This document shows, one piece after another, positions 11,360-21,810 of a stretch of DNA of 64,000 nucleotides. The stretch spans positions 17,112,001 through 17,176,000 of the forward strand of contig OZ038378.1 in NCBI GenBank assembly GCA_964036045.1, in the 5' to 3' direction. Position numbers and translations under genes: made by a program. Source of the DNA: Eutreptiella sp. 'Long Island Sound 2002'. Taxonomy: Eukaryota > Protista > Euglenida. The notes under the pieces were generated by a model. It ran no database searches and was not told where the DNA came from. It saw only the letters and a program-made list of their open reading frames with translations. Positions within the stretch are counted from its first letter, which is position 1. Each line of letters starts with the position of its first letter.

Positions 11360-13508
11360 GTCCGACCGCCGGGCCATTGCTCGCGAGCTGGTTGGGTATT
11401 GGTCGAGGGTTATGGTCGGGGGGGCCAAGTCCGAGGCAGAGCGTTATGTATGGCTGCAGCGTCGGGGCTTGCCGGCACAATGGCGCACGTTGGTACCTTT
11501 GCTGTGGAAGCCCTGCACTCTGGAACCCGTGCAAGCAGTGTTGCAGCAGATGGACCCTTCCTCTTCCCTAGGGGAGGATGGGGTCTAGGCGGGAGTGTAT
11601 CAACGGTTCAGTGGCTTTTTTGCACCACACATGCGTATTCTGAAATTGAGTCCAATGGCCTGCCCAGTACCCGGGTAGTGGCCTTAGTCCGTAGTCTGGC
11701 TAAAGAGCCAGGATCCGCCGCAGTAGAGGCGCAACGGCCGATAGCGCCGCAACAGGCACGTCTGAAGTGGCTAACTAGCATCTTGCTTCTCTAGTTACAG
11801 GGTGCGCTTTTTCAAATTGTGCCACAGGGCCAGAAAGCATATCTCAAGGGCCGCCACATTGGGTCCGTCCAGCAGCGTTGGGACTCGGGCCCAGGTGATT
11901 CCTGTGCCTGTTGGGTAGCAGTCGATTACTCCAAGGTATATGACTCGGTGAGTCACTCAATGCTTCGCGCTTTGTTTCGCTACGTTTGCATCCCAGCGGC
12001 GTGGGTGCATGTGTTGTGTCAAATTTTGTGTGGTCCGGTGTTTTTAGTGGGGGGGGGGATGCAGTTCGGGAGGAAGAGCTACGCCCCTAGTTTGGGATTC
12101 GTCATGGTGACCCACTGTCCCCGATTTTGTTTTCCCTCATCTTATCTACATGATGGCGCCGTTGGGCGCAATAATATGGCTTTACTCTGATGACGCGCTA
12201 CCGCGTTTCCCTTGTGCCTCAGATAAGGCTGAGGACCGATTGCATGCTGTGCGTGCCGTTTTCGATGAGTTTGGGGAGTACACGGGTTTGAGTTTGAACC
12301 TATTTAAGACCAAAATCCTCATGCAGGGCGTCGGGCCGTGGCCTTCACAGCTTGCTGGCATGTCTGTCGTACCTTGGGTCAAGTATTTGGGGGCCCTTTT
12401 TGGGGGCGTTGCGGCAACGGAGGCTTATGAAAAGGGGCTGACCGTCTTTGAGAGTCGCTGTGTGCTCATCTCTTGCATGCCTTTGTCCCGCCAGGAGAAG
12501 GTCCAGCTGGTTCACACCTGGTGCTATCCTGTCTTGCAAGTGTTGGCAGTGGCCTACTACCCCCCCCCCCCCCGTTGGTGGTAGTGCGCTTGCGTGCAGC
12601 GTTGCGTGTGGCGTTTGGAGTCGTTGGCACATGGAATGTGACGCTGGACATTCTGCTTTTGCCTCTGACCAAAGGGAGGTACGGTCTGTGGATGCCGGAT
12701 GTGTATCTACTTACGGCGCATGCCTCAAGTTTCTGGCGCTATCTTTAGCAGCCCACACGCTTTGGGCTCCACCAAAGGACGGTGCTCCGAGATTGGCTGG
12801 AGTATAAAGGGGTTGTTCACACAGTGCAGCAGCTTCCACTGATGCAGCTCTCCCTCTGCGCGGTCCGGGGTGCACCATGGTTGGTGTATAGTGTCAAGGC
12901 CGTTTCGGAGCTTAATAAGCTCAGGTCGGGGTTGTCTCTAGAGTGGAACTCCATTGCCTCTGCTCCGCTTCGGAATAGCCGTCTATTGACCGTCAAAAAC
13001 CAAATGGTCACGTGTCGATACTTCATTTTGCGCTCTGTTTTGCGTGTTCGTGACTTGGTGGACACGGGTTCATCGTCACACCTCTTGACTACAGAGAGTC
13101 GGGGCCATCGTAAACTCCGCCTCTCCTTCTAGGACAAACTGTCTACTGTTTTTACCCGCGCTAGTTCGGTCTTGGGAGTCCCATTTGCCTGTCAATGGGC
13201 CGTCGGAGCCACATGATATGGAAGGGGGTCTAAGCCTCTCTGCCTTGTCGCAGGGCGTTGCTTGTTCGCTGCGCGCGGACCGGCGTCAAGATCCTGCCAC
13301 ATGGCGAGCCTTTCATCGCCTGCGGCTGCCGCCGCAAGATTTAGATTTTATCCATACAGCGCTTTGGAAAAAGCTGGCTGTTGGGGTGCGGCTTCATTCC
13401 ATTTTTCCTAGCATTCCGCCCACCCGCTCTGTCTGTGGGGCGTGGGAGGACGTGTATCATCGTGTGAAAGCGTGCTCCTAGTTAGTTATTCCGGTTTGGG
13501 TACTGGAT
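11360..13508 (+). mobile_element. 5'-truncated decayed L1/Tx1-like LINE, 5' part (RT plus zf-RVT-like region)
   Basis: RT motifs across frameshifts and stops: RPIAPQQARLKWLTSILL, QKAYLKGRHI, VDYSKVYDSVSH, GIRHGDPLSPILF (12094), LYSDD (12183), TGLSLNLFKT, KYLG; zinc region LWKKLAVG...SVCGAWEDVYHRVKAC. No endonuclease seen; preceded by (CT)n(CA)n. Confidence 0.9.
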
Positions 13509-13997
13509 CAGCTATGTGTATAGCGACCTAGTCGGCTATCAGACATCAGACATCAGACTTTTATGGACCATCACTCCCAACCCCCCCCCCCCCCACCCCA
13601 ACACCCTTTTTACCCCCCCCCCCCCGTGTCAGACTTCGCCCCCCCCCGTGTCCCCCCCAATATCAGACTTGTCCCATTGTCACCACACCCTTGAGGTGTA
13701 GAAGTGGGTTGTGGTCTCGACCCTAGCGTCTGAAACCCAACCAGTGCTTGCAACCCCTTCAATGATGGTACGTGCCCCCCCCCCCCCCCCCACCCCACCC
13801 CACCCCACCCCATCTCTCTCACTCAAACCGATCAGGGGGCTCATATGTGATTGAAGACAAGTGGGAACAGAATCCTGATGTCTGGCCCAAGCAACCTCAC
13901 CTGAGCTAATCGGGTCAGTTTTGCTGGTGGGGTGGGTGGGTGGGGGTTCATCGGGTTGAGCCGGAACTGTGGAGAGGGGGGGTAGTGGGTTTCGAGC

Positions 13998-14182
13998 ACG
14001 GCACAGCACAGCACGGCACAGCACAGCACATCACAGCACATCACAGCATACCACAGCACAGCACAACATACAGCATAGCACAGCATATTACAGCACAACA
14101 CAGCACAACACAGCCCCTACGGCCGCCCAAGAGAGCCTCCCTCCCTCCCTCCCTCCCTCCCTCCCCTCCCTCCCTCCCTCCC
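13998..14182. repeat. (CAGCA)n followed by (CCCT)n microsatellites
   Basis: cacggcacagcacagcac... to ~14112, then ctccctccctccc... Confidence 0.9.
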
Positions 14183-14211
14183 ACCCTGTCATTTCCCTGC
14201 TTGTGTGGTTG

Positions 14212-14832
14212 AGGTTAGGGAGGGTATGCCTGTTTTTCTTTTTCAGGTTTGAACCATGACGATTGATCATATGCCGTTTCTTTATGGGTTGCCGGTGACA
14301 GCGTGTCACGGCACTGATCGAACGGTGGACCGTAGTTGCCCCCACATTTGCAAGTTTCTTTGTCCGTTTTTGAATCATGACGATTGATCATATGCCGTTT
14401 CTTTATGAGGTGCCACTGACAGCGTGTCACGGCACTGATCAAATGGTGGACCGTAGTTGCCCCCACATTTGCAAGTTTCTTTGTCCATTTTCGAACCATG
14501 GTTAGGGAGGGTATGCCTGTTTTTCTTTTTCAGGTTTGAACGATGACGATTGATCATATGCCGTTTCTTTATGGGTTGCCGCTGACAGCGTGTCATGGTG
14601 GATGTGGTGGATCATGGTGGGGTCATGGTGGACCGTAGTTGCCCCCACATTTGCAAGTTTCTTTGTCCGTTTTTGAAACATGACAATTGATCATATGCCG
14701 TTTCTTTATGAGGTGCCGGTGACAGCGTGTCACGGCACTGATCGAACGGTGGACCGTAGTTGCCCGCACATTTGCAAGTTTCTTTTTCCGTTTTTGAACC
14801 ACGACAATTGATCGTATGCCGTTTCTTTATGA
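14212..14832. repeat. ~120-bp tandem repeat, ~5 copies
   Basis: Recurrent catgac(g/a)attgatc...gccgtttctttatg...gacagcgtgtcacggcactgatc...ggaccgtagttgccc...catttgcaagtttcttt. Confidence 0.9.
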
Positions 14833-14834
14833 GA

Positions 14835-16006
14835 CCCCCCATATATATGACGGAACCCCATCCGTGAAATATTTGGGGGCTGTAGACCCCCCAGATATTT
14901 GACGGAACCCCATCCGTCAAATATTTTTGGGGTGTACAGCCCCCAAATATTTGACGGAACCCCATCCGTGAAATATTTTGGGGGTCTACACCCCCAAAAT
15001 ATTTCACGGATGTGGTTCCGTGAAATATTTGGGGGGTGTACAGCCCCCAAATATTTGACGGAACCCCATCCGTGAAATATTTTGGGGGTCTACACCCCCA
15101 AAATATTTCACGGATGTGGTTCCGTGAAATATTTTGGGGGTCTACAGCCCCCAAATATTTGACGGAACCCCATCCGTCAAATATTTTGGGGGTGTACAGC
15201 CCTCAAATATTTGACGGAACCCCATCCGTCAAATATTTGGGGGCTGTAGACCCCCCAAATATTTGACGGAACCCCTTCCGTGAAATATTTGGGGGCTGTA
15301 GACCCCCCAAATATTTGACGGATGGGGTTCCGTCAAATATTTTTGGGGTGTACAGCCCCCAAATATTTGACGGAACCCCATCCGTCAAATATTTTGGGGG
15401 TGTACAGCCCCCAAATATTTGACGGAACCCCTTCCGTCAAATATTTTGGGGGTCTACACCCCCAAAATATTTCACGGATGTGGTTCCGTGAAATATTTTG
15501 GGGGTCTACAGCCCCCAAATATTTGACGGAACCCCATCCGTCAAATATTTTGGGGGTCTACAGCCCCCAAATATTTGACGGGACCCCATCCGTCAAAGAT
15601 TTTGGGGGTGTACCGCCCCCAAATATTTGACGGAACCCCATCCGTGAAATATTTTGGGGGTCTACACCCCAAAAATATTTCACGGATGTGGTTCCGTGAA
15701 ATATTTTGGGGGTGTACAGCCCCCAAATATTTGACGGAACCCCATCCGTCAAATATTTTTGGGGTCTACAGCCCCCAAATATTTGACGGAACCCCATCCG
15801 TGAAATATTTTGGGGGCTGTACACCCCAAATATTTGACGGAACCCCATCCGTCAAATATTTTGGGGGTCTACAGCCCCCAAATATTTGACGGAACCCCAT
15901 CCGTCAAATATTTTGGGGGTGTAGACCCCCCAAATATTTGACGGAACCCCATCTGTCAAATATTTTTGGGGTGTACAGCCCCCAAATATTTGACGGAACC
16001 CCATCC
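14835..16006. repeat. ~52-bp palindromic satellite, ~22-23 units
   Basis: Unit CCCCAAATATTTGACGGA-ACCCCA-TCCGTCAAATATTTTGGGG plus an 8-nt linker (GTGTACAG/GTCTACAG/CTGTAGAC). Confidence 0.95.
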
Positions 16007-17735
16007 GGGGCCTATGGGGACCTTTGGGGGCCTATGGGGGCCTATGGGGCCCTATGGGGGCCTATGGGGCTCTATGGGGACCTATGGGGGCCTATGGGGG
16101 CCTATGGGGACCTATGGGGACCTTTGGCGACCTTTGTGGACCTATGGGGGCCTATGGGGACCTATGGGGGCCTATGGGGACCTATAGGGGCCTATGCGGG
16201 TCTATGGGGGCCTATGGGGACCTTTGGGGGTCTATGGGGACCTATGGGGACCTATGGGGGCCTATGGCGGCCTATGGGGACCTATAGGGGCCTATGGGGA
16301 CTTTTGGGGGCCTATGGGGACCTTTGGGGACCTTTGGGGGTCTATGGGGAACTATGGGGACCTATGGGGACCTATGGGGACCAATGGGGGCCTATGGGGG
16401 CCTATGGGGGTCTATGGGGACCTATGGGGGCCTATGGGGGCCTATGGGGGCCTATGGGGGCCTATGGGGGCCTATGGGGACCTATGGGGGCCTTTGGGGA
16501 CCTATGGGGGCCTATGGGGACCTTTGGGGACCCTTGGGGACCTTTGGGGACCTATGGGGGTCTATGGGGACCTATGGGGTTCTATGGGGGCCTATGGGGA
16601 CCTATGGGGGCCTATGGGGGCCCATGGGGTTCTACGGGGACCTTTGGGGACCTATGGGGACCTTTGGGCACCTTTGGGGACCTTTGGGCACCTTTGGGGA
16701 CCTATGGGCACCTTTGGGGACCTATGGGCACCTATGGGGATGGGGGCCGATGGGGACTCATCGGCATCTAGGGGGACCTATGGGGGCCTGTGGGGGCCTA
16801 TGGGGGCCTATGGGGGCCTATGGGGACCTTTGGGGGTCTATGGGGACCTATTGGGGCCTATGGGGGCCTATGGGCACCTTTTGGGGGCCTATGGGGGCCT
16901 ATTGGGGCCTATGGGGGCCTATGGGGGTCTATGGGGACCGATGGGGGCCTATTGGCACCATTGGGGACCTATGGGGGCCTATGGGGACCTTTGGGGGCCT
17001 GTGGGCGCCTATGGGGGCCTATGAGGGCCTATGGGGGCCTATTGGCACCTTTGGGGACCTATGGGCATCTTTGGGCACCTTTGGGGGTCTATGGGGACCT
17101 TTGGGGACCTATGGGGACCTTTGGGCACCTTTGGGGACCTATGGGGGTCTATGGGGACCTATCGGGACCTATGGGGGTCTATGGGGACCTATGGGGGCCT
17201 ATGGGGGTCTACGGGGACCTTTGGGGACCTATGGGGACCTTTGGGCACCTTTGGGGACCTATGGGCACCTATGGGGATGGGGGCCGATGGGGACTCATCG
17301 GCATCTAGGGGGACCTATGGGGGCCTATGGGGGCCTATGGGGGCCTATGGGGACCTTTGGGGGTCTATGGGGACCTATTGGGGCCTATGGGGGCCTATGG
17401 GCACCTTTGGGGGTCTATGGGGGCCTATTGGGGCCTATGGGGGCCTATGGGGACCTATGGGGACCTATGGGGGCTTGTGGAGGCCTATGGGGGCCTGTGG
17501 GGACCTACAGGGACCTATGGGCACCTTTGGGGACCTATGGGGACCTATGGGGGCTGATGGGGACTCATTGGCATCTAGGGGGACCTTTGGGGACCTATGG
17601 GCACCTCTGGGGACCCATGGGCACCTTTGGGGGCCTATGGGGCCCTATGGGGCCCTATGGGGACCTATTGGCACCTTTGGGGACCTATGGGCACCTTTGG
17701 GGGCCCATGGGGGCCTATGGGGGCCTATGGGCACC
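16007..17735. repeat. 10-bp G-rich minisatellite (GGGGCCTATG/GGGACCTATG variants)
   Basis: Direct reading; produces spurious MGAYGGLWGP ORFs in all three + frames. Confidence 0.97.
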
Positions 17736-18060
17736 TTTTTGTTTGCCACTTTCCTTGCTCACACATTTTCCCCATTTTCCCATTTTGGTGTTCAAAGTCT
17801 TTTTTACTTTTGTACTGCCATGTTTCTGATTGTCCAAGGTGGTTCCCCAATGATTTTTCAATTGTGTCCTCCCTTTTTGTTTTTTTCATTTGGGGGGGGG
17901 GGTTGATTTAGATTTAGGCATAGTTTCTCCCAATTTCCTCAGGGCATTAGACCCCTAGACCCACCTCCAGTAGATAAGAATATCAGACATCTTCTTGGAC
18001 AGACCGCACACACAACATCCCTTATCAGACATCAGACATCAGACTTTATACACATAGCTG

Positions 18061-19315
18061 TACTGGATTGTACCTTTCCGGCAGTGCAATCGGCCTCTGG
18101 CTGTGCGTCTACCAGTTGGTTGTGCTCTGACTACCTGAAGTTGTCGCTTGAACGAGCACCGGGTCTTCTGCTATGGAAGACGATTCGTGTGCTTTGGCAG
18201 TATCGTTGTGATGTGCGCTTTCGTGGCACTATGCCTGACATTTCAGCTTTTCTTAGGCTGCTGCACTCAGAGGTCGCCAAGTGGCTCGAAATGCCCTTGG
18301 CGCACCAGGCTATACACTTGTATATGGAGGGGCTTCAGGGATGGTTGTCTGATCGCAACATCCCAGTGCGTGATGGTTGAGCAATGGGCGTGCAAAATCG
18401 CCACCCCCCCCACCCCCCCCAGGGGGGGGGGTGAGCAACGGTCTCTCATGATGCGGCCCCTCCGCTGCGAAAGGGCCAGCCAGAAACGGGCGCGTGCGGC
18501 GGCAGCGGAGCCTCGAGAGATGGCTCCTGGTGTACATGTGCCGGACGTCTATACAGATGGGTCTTTTGCGCCTGAGGCGCCTGGGGTGAGCTTTGCTAGC
18601 TTTGGTGTATGGTTCAGCCCCCGAGACCTCCGTAATATCTCCTGACATCTGGATGGCATAGAACAGACCAACAATAGGGCTGAGCTATCGGCGGTCATTG
18701 CGGCGCTACGTGCTGTGCCGACGATGCAGCCACTGCGAGTTATCACAGATAGTAGGTATGTTTATGACGGGGCGACAGTACACCTGCAGCGGTGGTTCAC
18801 CCTGGACCGCCAGGTGTCTAATCTAGACCTGCGGCAGCAGTTGCGTGAGGTAATGCTATCCCGGAAAGCGTTGACGGCGTTTAGGCATGTGTACAGCCAC
18901 GTGGGCATTGTAGGCAACGAGCGTGCAGATGATCTGGCCAACGCGGGCCGCTTGGGGCACCCTGAGCGCCTGCAATTTCTAAGGGATCGCAGCATCAGGC
19001 AGTTGGCCCCACCCATTGTCCTGCGACCCTAACGTTGCTACTCTGCGGCTGTCTGGTTTGTTCGTTGCGGTGTTTCCACGCCTAACTGGTTCCCGCAAGT
19101 TTGCTGTGGGGGTGGGAACACCCGACCACCACGCGGTAGATGTTAGTGAGGTGGTAGTGCAAGCCTGTATTGTCCCTGTAGATGAATGGTATGCGGCGGG
19201 TCGCGCATGCCGTAGGCGGTGGTTTGAACCCCGGGGAGGGTTGGGATACACCAAACAGCGCGGCGGCCCCACCTATTCTGCCTGTGGGGCAGGTATTCGG
19301 ACCTCGTCGGTATAG
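18061..19315 (+). mobile_element. Same LINE, 3' part with RNase H domain
   Basis: Reading frame rejoins the 5' part exactly after removing 13509-18068 (IPVWVLD|CTFPAVQ...LWQYRCDVRF). RNase H motifs VYTDGS (18547-18564), QTNNRAEL, VITDSRYV, NLDL, HVYSHVGIVGNERADDLA; one in-frame stop at 18643-18645. Confidence 0.9.
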
Positions 19316-19372
19316 CATAGTGGCTTAAGGGGTCGCTAGCCAGGGGGGCCGGGTTCGATTCCGGGGGGGGGG
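19308..19372 (+). pseudogene. tRNA-derived (Pol III) SINE-like head
   Basis: A-box TAGCATAGTGG (19313-19323) and B-box GGTTCGATTCC (19352-19362); no intact cloverleaf. Confidence 0.5.
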
Positions 19373-19741
19373 GGGTCGAAATGCGTAGATTTCGTGATGT
19401 GATCGATAATAATATTTACCTATCATCAAGGTTTTCCCTTTACTTGGCGCCTAGCACAGCGACCAGCCCCGCCCCCCCCTGAGTCTCCAGGGATGCATGG
19501 GGCTGGGATTTGGGGAGCGGTAGGGCACACGAGCATGCAATGTGTGTCTTGCTGCTACGTGGTATATGGTTCAAAGGGCAGGAGTCGCGGTGCGTTGGCG
19601 ACACTTGTCAATATGGAGCAACGAGCTCGTTAGGGCGGCCCCCCCTGCAGGGCTGGACAATGAACTCATGGTTTGCAGTAGTGCTAGGTCTGTAGGATTG
19701 TTGAACCTCGCAGTTTGAGCATGATTGGAATTGTTACCTTG

Positions 19742-19779
<38 letters not shown>

Positions 19780-19879
19780 GCGCACACGCACACGCACACG
19801 CACACGCACACGCACACGCACACGCACGCGCACACGCACACGCACACACACACACATACGCACACGCACACACACACGC

Positions 19880-19916
<37 letters not shown>
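19742..19916. repeat. (CA)n/(CACGCA)n compound microsatellite
   Basis: Direct reading. Confidence 0.97.
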
Positions 19917-19918
<2 letters not shown>

Positions 19919-20039
19919 ACAATTTGTTGCCAAACGTGTCGCCCTCAGGCGTCCATGGGCACGAAAGGCACCTGATGCTCCATGGACACCACGGGTGCCC
20001 TAAGGAAAATTTTGTCCACTTTGCACCCCAACACGATCC

Positions 20040-20365
20040 TTAAACCCAACCTTGACTCTAACGCCCTCCTCCAACCCTCAGCCTACTCCTAACCCTACAC
20101 CTAACCCTAAGCCTAATCCTAGCCCTAACCCTAGCCCTAGCTCTCACCCTAGGCTAGGGTCAAAGTGAGTGTTGGGGTCGAAAATGGAGAGCAATAATAT
20201 GGCAAAAGCAGCCATGAACCAAATCTGGGGGATCTTGTTCAGCCCAATCAACATGGCTGGCATGGCCAGACCAGCTGGCTGCAAAGGTTAGGGTTAGGTT
20301 TATGGCGATGGTATGGTTAGAGGGAGGGCAAGGGGAGGTAAGGGGAGCCTGTGCCCCCCCCCACC
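20040..20365. repeat. Telomere-repeat-bracketed interspersed element, copy 1
   Basis: Degenerate (CCCTAA/CCCTAG)n, then ~130-bp core, then GGTTAGGGTTAG; highly similar to 21520-21810. Confidence 0.85.
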
Positions 20366-20534
20366 CCCACCCCAAATCGCCCCACTTGGACCCCCCCCAC
20401 CCCCCACCCCAAACAATTTGACAATCACCCCGGGGAAGGCCCACTCCCCAAGCCCACCTGTCCAAGGAGCGCCTGATTGGTGGCGTGGGTCTCCAAAAAG
20501 GCCAGAGTGCCTGCCTCCTGCCTCGACCAGAGTT

Positions 20535-20815
20535 TTGCTTAACAACTCAGCATCTCCTGGGGGGGGGGGTCTGACATCACCCACCCACCCCCCTTGGACC
20601 CCCCCCCCCCTTAAGTGACTGGGCAAATTTTTCTCCAGGTCTTCAGCCAATCAAAAATTTTCTCTGGCGCCTTCGGTGCAAGTCAGTTTAGGCCAAAAAA
20701 TTTCTTCGGCGCCTTTGGCGCCTCTAACAACTCAGGGTCTCCTGGGGGGGGGGTTTCCCCCCCACAGCCCCACCCACCCACCCCCCTTGGACCCCCCCCC
20801 CTTAAGCAAAATTCT
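20535..20815. repeat. Interspersed element with internal direct repeat
   Basis: aacaactcag..tctcctggggggggg...cccacccaccccccttggaccccccccc.ttaag occurs twice, around a ggcgcctt(c/t)gg core. Confidence 0.65.
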
Positions 20816-21070
20816 GCCCTCAACCCATTTTCCATCACCCCTTGTGTTGCTGTATTTTTCTCGCCTCTTTTTTTTCAATTGCCATTTGCATTTGGACATT
20901 TGGACAAAACCCTCACTGGACCCTCTGCCTCTCCCACCACGTCCTGCAACTACTCAAGAACCCCTCCACCATGGAACAATATGTACTGATCTCTGTGGGT
21001 GACACCATAGTAAACCACGCTCTGCCCGTGCTCCACAGCAGATGAACAGTGCATTGCCCCTGTTACACAG

Positions 21071-21364
21071 GCCGTGCTGCGCCCACTGCCGAATTCCGAC
21101 AACAACAAACCAGTAACAGCTGGCGCTGTCAAATGCAAGCTTCCAAACGTGCCTTTTAACCCGGATAAAGTGTTTCCATTTGGAGCCACATCCCCGAGCA
21201 TGGCACAAGGAGCTACATCGCCCAGCGTAGCGCAGGGTTCGACGTCCCCAGTAGCTCAGGGTACACCATCGAAGCGATGCTCTCATCCAAAAGCCCCAAT
21301 GGACCCCAACACACTGCACCCTTTCCATGCTACCAGTCCCCAAGTCAACCAACGACAGCAGCAG
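21071..21364 (+). CDS. Putative exon with two copies of the motif
   Basis: Acceptor ccctgttacacag|GCC, donor CAG|GTATCA; 294 nt, phase 0-0; VPFNPDKVFPFGATSP...APMDPNTLHPFHATSP. Confidence 0.68.
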
Positions 21365-21519
21365 GTATCAGCGCCAGCATAGGGTCGGGTGCCCAAGTGT
21401 GGGTGAAGGTGGAAGTTGTGGTTTCTGGCAGGTGTCTGTCAGGCTTGTCCATTGCTGCATTGCTGTTTTGGGACTTTTGCCTGCCGTGGTGACTCTCTAC
21501 CACCTTAATAACTATACCT

Positions 21520-21810
21520 GGTCCTAATCCTATCCGTACCCCTAACCCTAACCCTAACCCTAACCCTAGCCCTAGCCCTAGCCCTAGCTCTAACCCCAGG
21601 CTGGGATCAGAGTTAGTGTGGGGGTCCACAATGGAGAGCAATGGTGTGGCAACAGCAGCCATGAATGAAATTTTGGGGATCTTGTTCAGCCCAATCAACA
21701 TGGCTAGCATGGCTGAACCAACTGGCTGCAAAGGTTTGGGTTAGGTTTATGGTGATGCTATGGTTAGAGGGAGGGCAAGTGGAGGTAAGGGGAGCCTGTG
21801 CCCCCCCCCC
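21520..21810. repeat. Telomere-repeat-bracketed interspersed element, copy 2
   Basis: (CCCTAA)4(CCCTAG)4, then core gggatcttgttcagcccaatcaacatggct, then GGTTTGGGTTAGG. Confidence 0.85.

Larger units (their letters stand above)
13509..18060. mobile_element. Non-autonomous hAT/P-like DNA transposon (4,552 bp) carrying satellites
   Basis: Perfect 14-bp TIR CAGCTATGTGTATA (13509-13522) / TATACACATAGCTG (18047-18060); 8-bp TSD TACTGGAT at 13501-13508 and 18061-18068; subterminal (ATCAGAC)3 at both ends; no transposase ORF. Confidence 0.92.

Noticed and set aside
14835-16006. CRISPR-like array (palindromic repeats at a regular period)
   Set aside because: The linkers are only 6-8 nt and are themselves repeated, not unique spacers; no cas genes; eukaryotic context.
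15938-17911. Long Gly-rich ORFs (up to 511 aa, MGAYGGLWGP repeats)
   Set aside because: Open in all three + frames purely because the 10-bp repeat lacks stops; lies inside a TIR/TSD-bounded transposon.
21540-21592. True telomere or chromosome end
   Set aside because: Short, internal, and part of a two-copy interspersed element within a gene.
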